A stretch of DNA of 32,000 bases, taken from Patescibacteria group bacterium. Its GTDB lineage: Bacteria > Patescibacteriota > Patescibacteriia > UBA2591 > UBA6264. Shown in pieces: positions 15,174-25,761 of this stretch (position 1 is its first letter; every line of letters begins with the position of its first letter). Made by a program: the position numbers and the translations under genes. Location: contig JAQTOB010000001.1 in assembly GCA_028713575.1 (NCBI GenBank), forward strand, positions 60,001-92,000, in the 5' to 3' direction. The notes beneath the pieces are model-generated. The model worked only from the letters and a program-made list of their open reading frames with translations. It was not told the DNA's origin and did no database searches.

Positions 15174-16292
15174 TTATTTGATTGCCTGAAAAATTTTGTA
15201 AGTTTCAAAAGCGCATTTTTCCCAAGAAAAATCTTTAACGTTTATAAATCCTTTTTGGCGCAATTGATTAACAATATTTTCATCTCTAATCACTTTTTCC
15301 ATTATTCTTGCTAAATCATTGATGTCCTGAGGATAAAAATATAAAACTGCCGATTTACCTATTTCCGGTAAACAGCTTGATTTGCTGGAGATAACAGGAC
15401 AACCGCAAGCCATTGCCTCAAGAAGCGGCAAACCAAAGCCTTCGTAAAGAGAGGGAAAAATGAAAGCTACTGCTCCATTATAAAAATAAACTAAATCTTC
15501 TTCTTTAACATAACCCGGGAGAAAAAACATTTTTTTAACCAATTCTAATTCTTTTTTTATTTTCACATAACCAAAACCGCTTCTCCCGATTAAAACCATT
15601 TTAGGAACGTTTAATTTTTTTTGTTTTATTAATTTTTTATAAGCGTTAATTAACGCAATAATATTTTTTTTACTCTCAATCCTCCCCACATAAAGAAAAT
15701 ACGGTTTTTCAATCTTGTAATTTTGAAGAACTGAATTTATTTTTTCCAAATCTTTTTCTTGATAAAAAACTTTTTCGTTATAGCCCTCGTGAACAACCTC
15801 TATTCTATTCTCTTTCACTTTATAAAATTTAAGGACTTCTTCTTTAGTAAATCTTGAAGGAACGATTATTTTATTTGCCTGACGAGCCGCCCGCCAATAA
15901 ACCAAATTAAGATAAATTCTTTGCCAAAGAGAATAGGCCTTTTTAAAACGTTTAAAACCTAAATCATGAATGGTTATTACTGATTTAATCGGACAAATAA
16001 TCGGCAGACAATGAGCCGGAACAAATAAAATATCTGGTGGATTAAATAACATTTCTGTGGCCAGTCTTATCTGTGTCCATAAATATTTTACCGGCCAATG
16101 CAATATTTTACTCCGCCAATTTTCAGGCAATGTTGCTAAATCATGTTTTAATTTGTCAGAAGAATATAAAATAAATTTATCCCCTTGATTTAAAGGGATT
16201 TTTTTCAATTCTTGAATCAAATAATATGAATACCATCCAATACCTGTTTTTTGTTTTTGATTAGCCCGGGAGGCATCTATTCCAATTACCAT
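15174..16292 (-). CDS. Glycosyltransferase family 4 (GT-B, RfaB-like)
   Basis: 372 aa. C-terminal EGFGLPLLEAMACGCPVISS (E-x7-E type motif). Its ATG overlaps the stop of the upstream mreB paralog by 1 nt (TAATG). Confidence 0.85.
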   Translation of the reverse strand: MVIGIDASRANQKQKTGIGWYSYYLIQELKKIPLNQGDKFILYSSDKLKHDLATLPENWRSKILHWPVKYLWTQIRLATEMLFNPPDILFVPAHCLPIICPIKSVITIHDLGFKRFKKAYSLWQRIYLNLVYWRAARQANKIIVPSRFTKEEVLKFYKVKENRIEVVHEGYNEKVFYQEKDLEKINSVLQNYKIEKPYFLYVGRIESKKNIIALINAYKKLIKQKKLNVPKMVLIGRSGFGYVKIKKELELVKKMFFLPGYVKEEDLVYFYNGAVAFIFPSLYEGFGLPLLEAMACGCPVISSKSSCLPEIGKSAVLYFYPQDINDLARIMEKVIRDENIVNQLRQKGFINVKDFSWEKCAFETYKIFQAIK

Positions 16293-17299
16293 TATTTCAT
16301 GGCTAAAATACTTCTTTTGTATGATTCTAAATTGTCTAAGGCCATGCCCGTTCCTCGCGCCACTGAAAGCAATGGTTCATCGGCCAAATAAGCAGGAACG
16401 CCTATTTCTTTGGTTAATAATTTTTCAAAATTTCTCAATAAAGAACTTCCTCCGGACAAAACCATACCCTTTTCCATCACGTCAGCGGACAATTCCGGCG
16501 GCGTTTCATAAAGCACTGATTTAACCGCTATTACAATTGCTTTTAACTCGTCTTGAATTGCCTCTGTAACGTCATCGGAATCAATGGTAATGACCCGAGG
16601 CAAACCTAAAATCATATCCCTTCCCTTAATATCTAGTTTGAGTTTTTTTTCTAATGGCAACGCTGATCCTATTTTTATTTTAACTTCTTCGGCTGTTCTT
16701 TCTCCAATCGCCAAATTATATTTTTTTCTAATAAAAGTGGCAATAGCATAATCAAATTTATTTCCGGCGACTCTGACCGAAGTGCAAGAAACAATTCCTC
16801 CCAAAGAAATAACCGCCGCTTCGGTTGTTCCGCCGCCAATATCAATAATCATGTGGCCTGAAGCTGAACCAATTGGTATATTTGAGCCAATGGCGGCCGC
16901 AATCGGTTCCTTAATAATATAAGCGGCCTTGGCTCCAGCCCTCATAGTAGCGTCAACCACGGCTCTTCTTTCAGAAGAAGTACAGCCGCCGGGAACAGCT
17001 ACCATCACTTCTGGACGAAAAATATTAAAACGGCCAACCACTTTACCGATGAAATACTTTAACATTGCTTCTGTGGTTTTATAATCGGCAATAACTCCGT
17101 CTTTTAATGGCTTTTTCGCCACAATTGTATCCGGCGTCCGACCTATCATCTCTTTGGCCTCATCACCAACGGCTAAAACGCTCTTATCTATAGTGGAAAT
17201 GGCGACGACAGAAGGTTCATTGGTAACGATTCCCTTATTTGGCAAATAAACAAGAATATTTGTTGTTCCTAAATCAATACCTATTTTTTTATTAAACAT
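16292..17299 (-). CDS. mreB: Rod shape-determining actin homolog MreB (paralog 2)
   Basis: 335 aa. Canonical phosphate-1 GIDLGTTN and phosphate-2 IDIGGGTTE. The adenosine motif is slightly diverged (LSGGSSLLRNFE). Confidence 0.9.
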   Translation of the reverse strand: MFNKKIGIDLGTTNILVYLPNKGIVTNEPSVVAISTIDKSVLAVGDEAKEMIGRTPDTIVAKKPLKDGVIADYKTTEAMLKYFIGKVVGRFNIFRPEVMVAVPGGCTSSERRAVVDATMRAGAKAAYIIKEPIAAAIGSNIPIGSASGHMIIDIGGGTTEAAVISLGGIVSCTSVRVAGNKFDYAIATFIRKKYNLAIGERTAEEVKIKIGSALPLEKKLKLDIKGRDMILGLPRVITIDSDDVTEAIQDELKAIVIAVKSVLYETPPELSADVMEKGMVLSGGSSLLRNFEKLLTKEIGVPAYLADEPLLSVARGTGMALDNLESYKRSILAMK

Positions 17300-17335
17300 A
17301 AACTTATATTACTGTTTATATAAAACTAACATTAT

Positions 17336-18385
17336 CTATTCTATTTGATTTTCCAATGTTTTTTGGCGATATTTTGAATAGCGTTTAATCAAAATAGAAA
17401 TCATTGTAGCTGCCGGAACGGCTAAAATCATTCCGATTGGCCCCGCCAACTTTCCGCCGATTAATAAAGCAAGAATAATGGCTAGGGGGTCAAGCCCTAC
17501 GGCTCGATGCATTACATAGGGAGAAATTAAAGCATTTTCAATTTGTTGAATAGCAATATAAAAAATCAAAACGAATAGAGCCAATGTTGGCGACTGAGTA
17601 AGGGCAATTAAAACCGCCGGAATAGCCCCTAACCAAGGACCAAGATAAGGAATAACCTCTGTTAAGCCGGCTATAACCGCTAAAGTTAAAGGAAATTTTA
17701 CTCCCAAAATTAACAGACCAAGATAAGCTAAAGTGCCGACAAATAAACAAAGCAAGAGCAATCCTCTAGCCCAGGCACCTATTTCTTTTTGAGTTGATTC
17801 AATAAATTTATCTAAAAAATCTTGGTATTTGCGAGGCGTTATTGAACGAATAAAAGAGCGAACTGACTCTTTTCTCACGGATAAATAAAAAGCCAAAACG
17901 AAAGACATCAAAATTGATATTATTTGTCCGGCCATTGTGCTTAAAAAAGAAAAAACGGACAAAGTGCTTAATGATGACTTATCAAGCCATTTATCAATAA
18001 TTTCAAAGAATTGACTTTGTGAGTCAAGCTGAATATTAGCTTCCATTTTACTAAAAATCGTTTTTAAAAAATTTGGAATTTGGTCAATAAAAAGCCTTGT
18101 TTGTTCTCCTACGGCTGGAACAATTGCCAGGCCGATCAAAATTAAAATTAGTAAAACGCCCAAATAAATAAAAACCGCACCCATTAAGCGAGGAATTTTT
18201 TTACGTTCAAGATAATTAACAATGGGATTAATAATCGCCGCCAATAAACCGGCAATTAAAACAATCAAAATAACGTCTCTTAATAAATATAATATCCAAA
18301 TTGCGGCAATAATTAAAGTTATTTTAATGATTGACCATAAATCTATTTTAATTGTCGTCACATTGTGATGATTTTTTTCTTCCAT
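17336..18385 (-). CDS. AI-2E family transporter (PerM/UPF0118-like permease)
   Basis: 349 aa polytopic membrane protein. The C-terminal half ...EVIPYLGPWLGAIPAVLIAL...IENALISPYVMHRAVGLDPL...GPIGMILAVP is typical of the family. Confidence 0.8.
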   Translation of the reverse strand: MEEKNHHNVTTIKIDLWSIIKITLIIAAIWILYLLRDVILIVLIAGLLAAIINPIVNYLERKKIPRLMGAVFIYLGVLLILILIGLAIVPAVGEQTRLFIDQIPNFLKTIFSKMEANIQLDSQSQFFEIIDKWLDKSSLSTLSVFSFLSTMAGQIISILMSFVLAFYLSVRKESVRSFIRSITPRKYQDFLDKFIESTQKEIGAWARGLLLLCLFVGTLAYLGLLILGVKFPLTLAVIAGLTEVIPYLGPWLGAIPAVLIALTQSPTLALFVLIFYIAIQQIENALISPYVMHRAVGLDPLAIILALLIGGKLAGPIGMILAVPAATMISILIKRYSKYRQKTLENQIE

Positions 18386-18413
18386 ATTTTTATATCTATA
18401 ATTTATATTTTAA

Positions 18414-19688
18414 TTATATCTCCTTTTTTAAAAGACGCAAGAAAATATTTTTATCTTTAATCGGCCCAATTAATGAAATATTAATATTTTTGAAAATATC
18501 TTGAGCGACGTTTTGAATATCTTTTCTTTGAACTTTTCTCATTTTCGCCAATTTTTCTTTCGGGGTAAAAATTTTTCCGGTTAATAGTATTTGTTTGGCA
18601 TACCATCCGGCTAAATTGGCCGAATCTTCTAAATAAAGTCCAGTTGACCCTTCAATATAATCCTTTGCTCTTATTAATTCCTCTTTTGTCACTCCTTTAT
18701 CTTTTATTTTTTTAAGTTCTTTTAATATAACTTCCACTGCTTCCTGTGTTTTGTTTTTATCAACGCCGGCAAAAATGCCATAATTACCAATGTCTTGATA
18801 AATATCAAAATCCGCGTTAATGGCATAGGCCAACCCCCTTTTGACCCTTACTTCTGTAAATAAACGCGAACTCATATTCCCACCCAAAATAACTAACAAT
18901 AATTTAAGGGCTTCTATTTTGGGATGATTGTAATGATAGGCCAAGCCGCCCAAAGCAATCTGTGTTTGTTTTAAGTCTTTAAATAAAATTTTAACTTTAT
19001 CTTTAATTTTTATTTTTTTGCGATTAAAAATTTTAAAACTTCCTTGTTTTTTTGCTCCGTGATATGGGGCAAAATATTTTTTCATTAAATTTATAACTTG
19101 CAACTTGTCTACGCCCCCGGAAATGGCGACAACCATTTGATGCGGTTGATAAAAAATTTTTTTATATGCTAATAATTTTTGGCGATTCATTTTTTTAACA
19201 TCGCTTAATTGTCCGCTGATTAATTGACCAAGGGGATGATTTTGATAAATAGTATTTTCAAAAAAATCATTAATATATAATAAAGGATTTTCTTGATACA
19301 TTTTAATTTCTTCTAAAATTACTCCCTTTTCTTGGCAAAACTCCTTTGCCTTAAAAAGCGAATTAAAAAGCATATCTGATAAGACGTTTAAGGCCGTTTC
19401 CATTTTATTATTAACCGTTTTTATCCAATAACCCGTATGGTCTTTTCCGGTGAAGGCGTTATAATTAGCGCCAATTCCATCCAATTCTTGAGCAATAGCC
19501 AGGCTAGTCGGACGTTTTTTTGTTCCTTTAAACATCATATGCTCTATAAAATGCGAAGCTCCATGCAGTTTTAAAGATTCGTGCCGAGACCCTGCCGGCA
19601 ATAAAACTAAGGCCGTAATTGTTTTGGAATTATTTTTAGGAATAATTACTAATTTTAAACCATTGGAAAGTTTTGTTTGATAATACAT
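18414..19688 (-). CDS. M16 family zinc peptidase (pitrilysin-like)
   Basis: Inverted zinc motif HFIEHMMFKGT (HxxEH). Start is set at the ATG at 19688 (MYYQTKLSNGLKL...); the track start at 19715 is a TTG. Confidence 0.85.
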   Translation of the reverse strand: MYYQTKLSNGLKLVIIPKNNSKTITALVLLPAGSRHESLKLHGASHFIEHMMFKGTKKRPTSLAIAQELDGIGANYNAFTGKDHTGYWIKTVNNKMETALNVLSDMLFNSLFKAKEFCQEKGVILEEIKMYQENPLLYINDFFENTIYQNHPLGQLISGQLSDVKKMNRQKLLAYKKIFYQPHQMVVAISGGVDKLQVINLMKKYFAPYHGAKKQGSFKIFNRKKIKIKDKVKILFKDLKQTQIALGGLAYHYNHPKIEALKLLLVILGGNMSSRLFTEVRVKRGLAYAINADFDIYQDIGNYGIFAGVDKNKTQEAVEVILKELKKIKDKGVTKEELIRAKDYIEGSTGLYLEDSANLAGWYAKQILLTGKIFTPKEKLAKMRKVQRKDIQNVAQDIFKNINISLIGPIKDKNIFLRLLKKEI

Positions 19689-19729
19689 AGTCGCTTCGCT
19701 AAATTCAAAATGCAAAAATTAAAATGTAA

Positions 19730-19749
19730 CCTGCCTGCCGGCAGGCAGG
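19730..19749 (-). terminator. GC-rich perfect palindrome, probable glyQS terminator hairpin
   Basis: CCTGCCTGCCGGCAGGCAGG is a perfect 20-bp palindrome, 16/20 G+C in an AT-rich region. On the minus strand it is followed by the T-rich TTACATTTTAATTTTT. It lies 42 nt after the glyQS stop. Confidence 0.6.
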
Positions 19750-19791
19750 AATGACAATTTAAAATTCAAAATAAACTCAACTTTTAATTTT

Positions 19792-21357
19792 TTATTCTAA
19801 TTTTTCTTTTAAATACCCGGTTAACTCTGCTATAGCCACTCTTTTCTGTTTCATTGTGTCGCGGTCCCTGATAGTCACTTTTTTGTCTTCCAAGCTTTCA
19901 AAGTCTATTGTTAAACAATATAAAGTGCCGATTTCATCTTGGCGACGATATCGCCGACCGATTGATCCAACCTCGTCATATTGAGCCGTCCAATATCTTT
20001 TAATCTCTCTAGATATGTCGCGCGCTAATTTTGTTAATTTCTCTTTTTTTGCTAAAGGTAAAATCGCAATTTTAATCGGGGCCAAATCTTTATGCAGATG
20101 CAAAACAACTTCTGTTTCTTTATTTGATTCTGTGGTGGTTGTTCGGCCACCGCCAATTTCTTCATAAGCATCTATAAAAAAGGCCAATAATGGCCGGTCC
20201 ACGCCGGCCGAAGGTTCAATAACATAAGGAATAAATTTCTTCCCATTTTCATCGCGACTAAATAAATTTTCTCCTGAAAATTTGCCATGTTGTTTCAAAT
20301 CAAAATCACCCCGATTAGCAATGCCCTCCAGTTCCGACCAATTAAAGGGAAATTTATATTCCACATCTGAACAGGCCTGGGCATAATGAGCTAATTCATT
20401 CTTTTTATGCTCTCTAAGTCTAAGGTTCTCTTTTTTTATTCCTAATTTTACATACCAATCTAATCTTTCTTTTAACCAATATTGATGCCATTTTTTTGCC
20501 TCTTGAGGATGAACAAAAAATTCTAATTCCATTTGTTCAAACTCTCTGGTTCGAAAAATAAAATTGCCCGGCGTGATTTCATTACGAAACGATTTGCCGA
20601 TTTGGGCGATTCCAAAAGGAATTTTTGTCCTAGAAGATTGTAAAACATTATTGAAATTAACGAAAATTCCTTGAGCCGTTTCCGGTCTAAGATAAGTTTT
20701 TTGAGCCGTTGCCTGCACTGGTCCAATACTGGTGGACAACATAAGATTTGCTGAAGTCGGTTCAGAAAGCGCTTCTCCGCACAAAGGACAAGGAATAGCC
20801 GCCAGACCATCGGCTGAGGCAGCTATTCTGCCAATAAAATTTCTAAAATCCAAATCCGTCTGTTTAAATGTTTTATGAATATCACTAATCCAAGAAAGCG
20901 TTACTTCAGGTCTCAAGACAAGCGCCAAATTAGGTGCTAAATCTTTTCCCTTAGTTTTCGCCCAGTTAAAAAGATCTTTGCTTGTTTTATGCCCTGCCAT
21001 ATCCTTTAATAATGACTGCCACCAATCGCCGTTCCAAATAAGATCATAAATTTGATCGCCGCGAAACTGCTTTTTACAAAAAGGACAAGAATAAAATGGA
21101 TCTTTAAAACCGGCGACATGACCGCTAGCTTCCCAAACTTTTGGATTGAGTAAAATCGCGCTATCAAGTCCGACTACATCTTCCCTTTCCTGGACTACTT
21201 TTTTCCACCAGGCTTTTTTAATATTATTTTTCAGTTCAACTCCTAGGGGGCCGTAATCATAACAAGAACCCAGCCCGCCGTAGATTTCCGAGGACCGAAA
21301 AATGAAACCGCGGCGCTTACACAAAGAAACTATTTTTTCCATTAAATTTTGATTCAT
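19792..21357 (-). CDS. glyQS: Glycine--tRNA ligase (dimeric GlyQS type)
   Basis: 521 aa. The N-terminus ...LCKRRGFIFRSSEIYGGLGSCYDYGPLGVELKNNIK is characteristic. Class II motifs are present, plus a C-terminal anticodon-binding domain (...DEIGTLYCLTIDF...TIRDRDTMKQ). Confidence 0.93.
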   Translation of the reverse strand: MNQNLMEKIVSLCKRRGFIFRSSEIYGGLGSCYDYGPLGVELKNNIKKAWWKKVVQEREDVVGLDSAILLNPKVWEASGHVAGFKDPFYSCPFCKKQFRGDQIYDLIWNGDWWQSLLKDMAGHKTSKDLFNWAKTKGKDLAPNLALVLRPEVTLSWISDIHKTFKQTDLDFRNFIGRIAASADGLAAIPCPLCGEALSEPTSANLMLSTSIGPVQATAQKTYLRPETAQGIFVNFNNVLQSSRTKIPFGIAQIGKSFRNEITPGNFIFRTREFEQMELEFFVHPQEAKKWHQYWLKERLDWYVKLGIKKENLRLREHKKNELAHYAQACSDVEYKFPFNWSELEGIANRGDFDLKQHGKFSGENLFSRDENGKKFIPYVIEPSAGVDRPLLAFFIDAYEEIGGGRTTTTESNKETEVVLHLHKDLAPIKIAILPLAKKEKLTKLARDISREIKRYWTAQYDEVGSIGRRYRRQDEIGTLYCLTIDFESLEDKKVTIRDRDTMKQKRVAIAELTGYLKEKLE

Positions 21358-21394
21358 ATATAAATATTATCAAATTTTATAAAAAAATAAATGG

Positions 21395-22558
<1,164 letters not shown>

Positions 22559-22630
22559 TCAAACATCAAAATGGCAATTTTAAAAATAAAAATTCTGGGT
22601 TTTTCATTTTGATTTTTAAGTTTTAAATTT

Positions 22631-23353
22631 TTATTCAAGACGCCAATAAAAAAATTCCTTCAAAATTTTATCTGCCATTAAAAAATTTTTGTATTCAAAG
22701 TCCTGATTAATCAAACTGTCAAAATCGCGATAAAGCAATTTTTGTAAAATATTTAGAACTTCTTGACTAATTTTAGTCCCTTTTGTTTCTGTGTCTAATT
22801 CTAATTTATGTTTTAAGCAAATTATTCCTCCCTTCTTCGGACTAAAAATAATTTCTTTTCCCTTAGGAATTTTGTTGCAAAACAAACATTTTTTTATTTC
22901 AGGACAATAACCCAAAAACGCCAAAAATTTAATTAAAAAGGCATTGCTGATAAACATGGTTTTCTGTTCTGATAAATAATTGATTTTTTCCAAAAATTTT
23001 AATATTAACGAAAAAATTTTCTGGTCAGATTGAGTTTTAATCAATTGATCTATTCTTCTAAACAAATTATTGACTTGTATCGTTTTTCTGTTGCTTTTAA
23101 ATATCCCTTTAAATGATTTTTTCACCGCGCCGCCAATCAAATGAAAATTATTTCGCCCGGAAACGACCACTAAGTCCAATAAAGCGAATGGTTCAGCAAC
23201 GATCGGGGCCAATTTGGAATTGATTTTTCGTCCACCGCGCATTAAAATTTCAACTTTCCCCTCCTCTTGACTATAAAAAAAAATTATTTGATCATTTTCT
23301 CGGTAATTTTCTTTTTTAAAAACGATTCCGGACAAATGTCGTGTATTTGACAT
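22631..23353 (-). CDS. recO: DNA repair protein RecO
   Basis: 240 aa. N-terminal OB-fold pattern (GIVFKKENYRENDQIIFFYSQEEGKVEILMRGGRK) and a Cys-rich zinc module (C..C...C..H). Confidence 0.8.
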   Translation of the reverse strand: MSNTRHLSGIVFKKENYRENDQIIFFYSQEEGKVEILMRGGRKINSKLAPIVAEPFALLDLVVVSGRNNFHLIGGAVKKSFKGIFKSNRKTIQVNNLFRRIDQLIKTQSDQKIFSLILKFLEKINYLSEQKTMFISNAFLIKFLAFLGYCPEIKKCLFCNKIPKGKEIIFSPKKGGIICLKHKLELDTETKGTKISQEVLNILQKLLYRDFDSLINQDFEYKNFLMADKILKEFFYWRLE

Positions 23354-23367
23354 ATTGATTTAAAAAA

Positions 23368-25254
23368 TTATTCTTCTTTTTCTTCTACCGTTCCTCTGTT
23401 CTTGCCCCAAAAATCTTCGCTTAAATTTGTATCCAAAAAATCATCTTGAAGTAATACTGATTCATGAGTAAATCCGTCTTGACCAGTAAAAAAAATATTT
23501 TCTGTTAAAGGAATTATTTTGTTCAATTGATCAAATTTTGGAACCACTTCAACTTCAAACCCTGCCTCCAGCAAGGAATAGGGACCTCCTTGATATATGT
23601 CTATAAATGGAATATCCCAGCCAACCCCTCTGTTCTTTTCTTCATAAAGAATTAATCCGTGGCTAGTTTTTGTTTTTCCCGTCCAACTGACATTGACTGG
23701 CAGTTTTGTTTTAACTGTAACATTTTTTAAAGGATTAGTTGTATTTTTTATCCCCCAAAATATCCAGAAATATGTTTTTTCGCCCACTTGAGGAGGGAGC
23801 GGTCCGCCGCCGATAATAACATGTTCTTCGTCATAATAACGAGCAGAAGATTCTAAAATTACATTTGTTTCTAATAATAGATTTATTTTATTTCCGAAAA
23901 CACTCCATGATGTTTCGTCGCCTCCTAATTTCCCCCGAGCAATAACCTGTAATTCTATACTTGCTTGAGAATAATTATTTTTTGCGGCTTCTAAAGAATT
24001 TTTTATTGGCAAATCAAAAACAATGACCCCCTCTTCTCCTGGTTTGATTTGTTTAAAAACGGGAATTGTTCCTGAGTTCCAGCCACTATTTTCATTGGGT
24101 GAATATGTTATTGAATCGGAAATTGTATTCTTTAAAACTTTTTCGGAAATAAATTCAGGAGAATCTTGCGCCGCCCCCTGATAATAATGCCAATCTGTCT
24201 GGTAAAGTTGACCAGTATTAAGATATTGACCTCCGGTTAATTTTAAATCTAAAATTAAATCTTGAATGCTTTGTTGGCTTTGATTTTTAAAAATCAATTC
24301 TATTGGGACAACGTCTCCCCAGGTTACTATTTGATTGTCCTTAACTGAATTATTAGCTTCTAAAAAAACATTAAATTCAAACTTTTCCAAAAAAACTTTT
24401 TTTTCTTTTTCGGTCTGTAAAAAAAATTTATCTTCGTAAAAAACGCCCGCCTGTAAATTAAAATCCAACTCATTGATAGACGGGTTAGTTAAAAAACCTT
24501 CAAATTCAAGTCCTTTTTGATTTTTGATGTTCAAGTCCTCAATTTTCCATTTAAACCACCTTTGTGAATCATTTATTTCCCATTTGACCAAATCGTCATT
24601 CGCCGGGATTGATTTAATGTCCTTTAAAACAAAGTTTTTTGGCCAATTTAAAGTTAATTCTGTCTTTGGCAATATTTCTTGGCTGATATTTTCCAATGAA
24701 ATCGTTGACTTTATTGATTGGCCAAAAGAAGACTGTTCAGGCATCTGCCAAGTCAAAAGAATTGACGGCTTAAGCATAACTGATGAAGATAAACTTTTTT
24801 GAAAACTTGAAGAAAAACCGGATAAATAAAAATTTAAATTACCAGTAAACATTTGGTCTTGTTCGCTCTGTCCAAATAATCGTCCTGTTATTTTTATCTC
24901 TTTTAATTCTCCTTTTTCTATTTTATCCAAAGACCAAAGACATCCTTGATTTAAAGATTGGTCACAGGCTGGTGAACTTGAATTCAAAACAAACCCTTGG
25001 GGAAATTTCAATATCACCTCTGCCCTTTCTAAATCGCGTTTTTCTTGATTTTTAATAAAAATAAAAAAAGTGTTTTCTTCTCCCGCCTCTTGTTCTGCGT
25101 GCCGATAAAACCAAAATTTAACGTCTTGGTCTTCGCTCTCTCTTTCTTTCTGATTGAAATAAAAAAGACTGATTAAACTAATTATTAAAATTAAAAATAA
25201 AGAAATAAAAATTAAATTCAAAAAACTCAGACCTCTTTTTGGCCAATGTTTCAT
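23368..25254 (-). CDS. Membrane-anchored hypothetical protein with about four repeated beta-sandwich-like (DUF11/CARDB-like) modules
   Basis: 628 aa. N-terminal hydrophobic anchor LSFLNLIFISLFLILIISLISLFYF. A motif recurs roughly every 110-150 aa, of the type (F/I)x(I/L)xxxNxSxxxLxxxxLxLxxPxxF. Examples: FIFIKNQEKRDLERAEVILKFPQGF, ISLENISQEILPKTELTLNWPKNF, ELIFKNQSQQSIQDLILDLKL, WGIKNTTNPLKNVTVKTKLPVNV. I recognise no enzyme motif. Confidence 0.55.
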   Translation of the reverse strand: MKHWPKRGLSFLNLIFISLFLILIISLISLFYFNQKERESEDQDVKFWFYRHAEQEAGEENTFFIFIKNQEKRDLERAEVILKFPQGFVLNSSSPACDQSLNQGCLWSLDKIEKGELKEIKITGRLFGQSEQDQMFTGNLNFYLSGFSSSFQKSLSSSVMLKPSILLTWQMPEQSSFGQSIKSTISLENISQEILPKTELTLNWPKNFVLKDIKSIPANDDLVKWEINDSQRWFKWKIEDLNIKNQKGLEFEGFLTNPSINELDFNLQAGVFYEDKFFLQTEKEKKVFLEKFEFNVFLEANNSVKDNQIVTWGDVVPIELIFKNQSQQSIQDLILDLKLTGGQYLNTGQLYQTDWHYYQGAAQDSPEFISEKVLKNTISDSITYSPNENSGWNSGTIPVFKQIKPGEEGVIVFDLPIKNSLEAAKNNYSQASIELQVIARGKLGGDETSWSVFGNKINLLLETNVILESSARYYDEEHVIIGGGPLPPQVGEKTYFWIFWGIKNTTNPLKNVTVKTKLPVNVSWTGKTKTSHGLILYEEKNRGVGWDIPFIDIYQGGPYSLLEAGFEVEVVPKFDQLNKIIPLTENIFFTGQDGFTHESVLLQDDFLDTNLSEDFWGKNRGTVEEKEE

Positions 25255-25279
25255 CGTTTTTATTTATAAAATTAAGACC

Positions 25280-25717
25280 CTATTTCTTTGGTTGCTGTTC
25301 AATACTCAGCACTACTTGAGAATCTGATTTTAATTTTTGAATGAATAAAATCTGTTGACGACTGATTTGTAATTCGCTTTCTGGTTGATGAATTTCGTCA
25401 CTAACATTAACTAAAGAAATTTGAGGCTGGACTTCTTCCCGCTCTTCGGCGGAAACTTGTTGAACCTGAAGATAGTAAACATCTTTTAGAACCAACGTCT
25501 GGGAGCTCTGTTTAATTACATGGCCAAAATAGCTGCGGCCATTAGTTAAAAAGACAGCATACCAATCTCCGCCCCTGGGAGAAACAAAAATAGTAAAAAT
25601 TAAAAAAGCAACAATCATCACGATAATAATAATTCCTACAATCAACATAATAATGCTTTTTTTACTATTGGCTTTTTTTCTTTCTTGAATTTCTATTGTT
25701 TTTATTGCTTCTGTCAT
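25280..25717 (-). CDS. Small single-pass membrane protein, function unknown
   Basis: 145 aa. A charged N-terminus, then the TM helix IIMLIVGIIIIVMIVAFLIFTIF, then a ~95-aa soluble domain (WYAVFLTNGRSYFGHV...VYYLQ...). It lies 25 nt upstream of the 628-aa gene on the same strand. Confidence 0.55.
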   Translation of the reverse strand: MTEAIKTIEIQERKKANSKKSIIMLIVGIIIIVMIVAFLIFTIFVSPRGGDWYAVFLTNGRSYFGHVIKQSSQTLVLKDVYYLQVQQVSAEEREEVQPQISLVNVSDEIHQPESELQISRQQILFIQKLKSDSQVVLSIEQQPKK

Positions 25718-25761
25718 TTTAATAAAAATTAATTTTAATTAATTATTTTTTTAACCTTTAT

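Noticed and set aside
15143-15208. N-terminal extensions in the ORF track for holB (15208), the BNR lipoprotein (14120), the M16 peptidase (19715) and the NuoF-like protein (30279).
   Set aside because: In all four cases the first codon is TTG, checked on the reverse complement. A downstream in-frame ATG gives the conserved family N-terminus or a clean lipoprotein signal peptide. The holB extension would also overlap the upstream gene by 35 nt. The rpmB extension (31463) uses ATG but adds 10 residues before the conserved MAKRC start.
9643-21394. T-box or other leader elements upstream of the two aminoacyl-tRNA synthetase genes (proS, glyQS).
   Set aside because: proS starts 5 nt after the rseP stop and glyQS starts 37 nt after the tgt stop. 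There is no room for a ~200-nt T-box leader.
22560-22612. A 9-bp inverted repeat ATCAAAATG ... CATTTTGAT in the recO-tgt spacer, considered as another member of the intergenic cassette family or an operator.
   Set aside because: It has no GC-rich hairpin module and no shared ends with the 2790-2979 or 9501-9642 cassettes. It is AT-rich with a ~30-nt spacer. Evidence is insufficient beyond chance.
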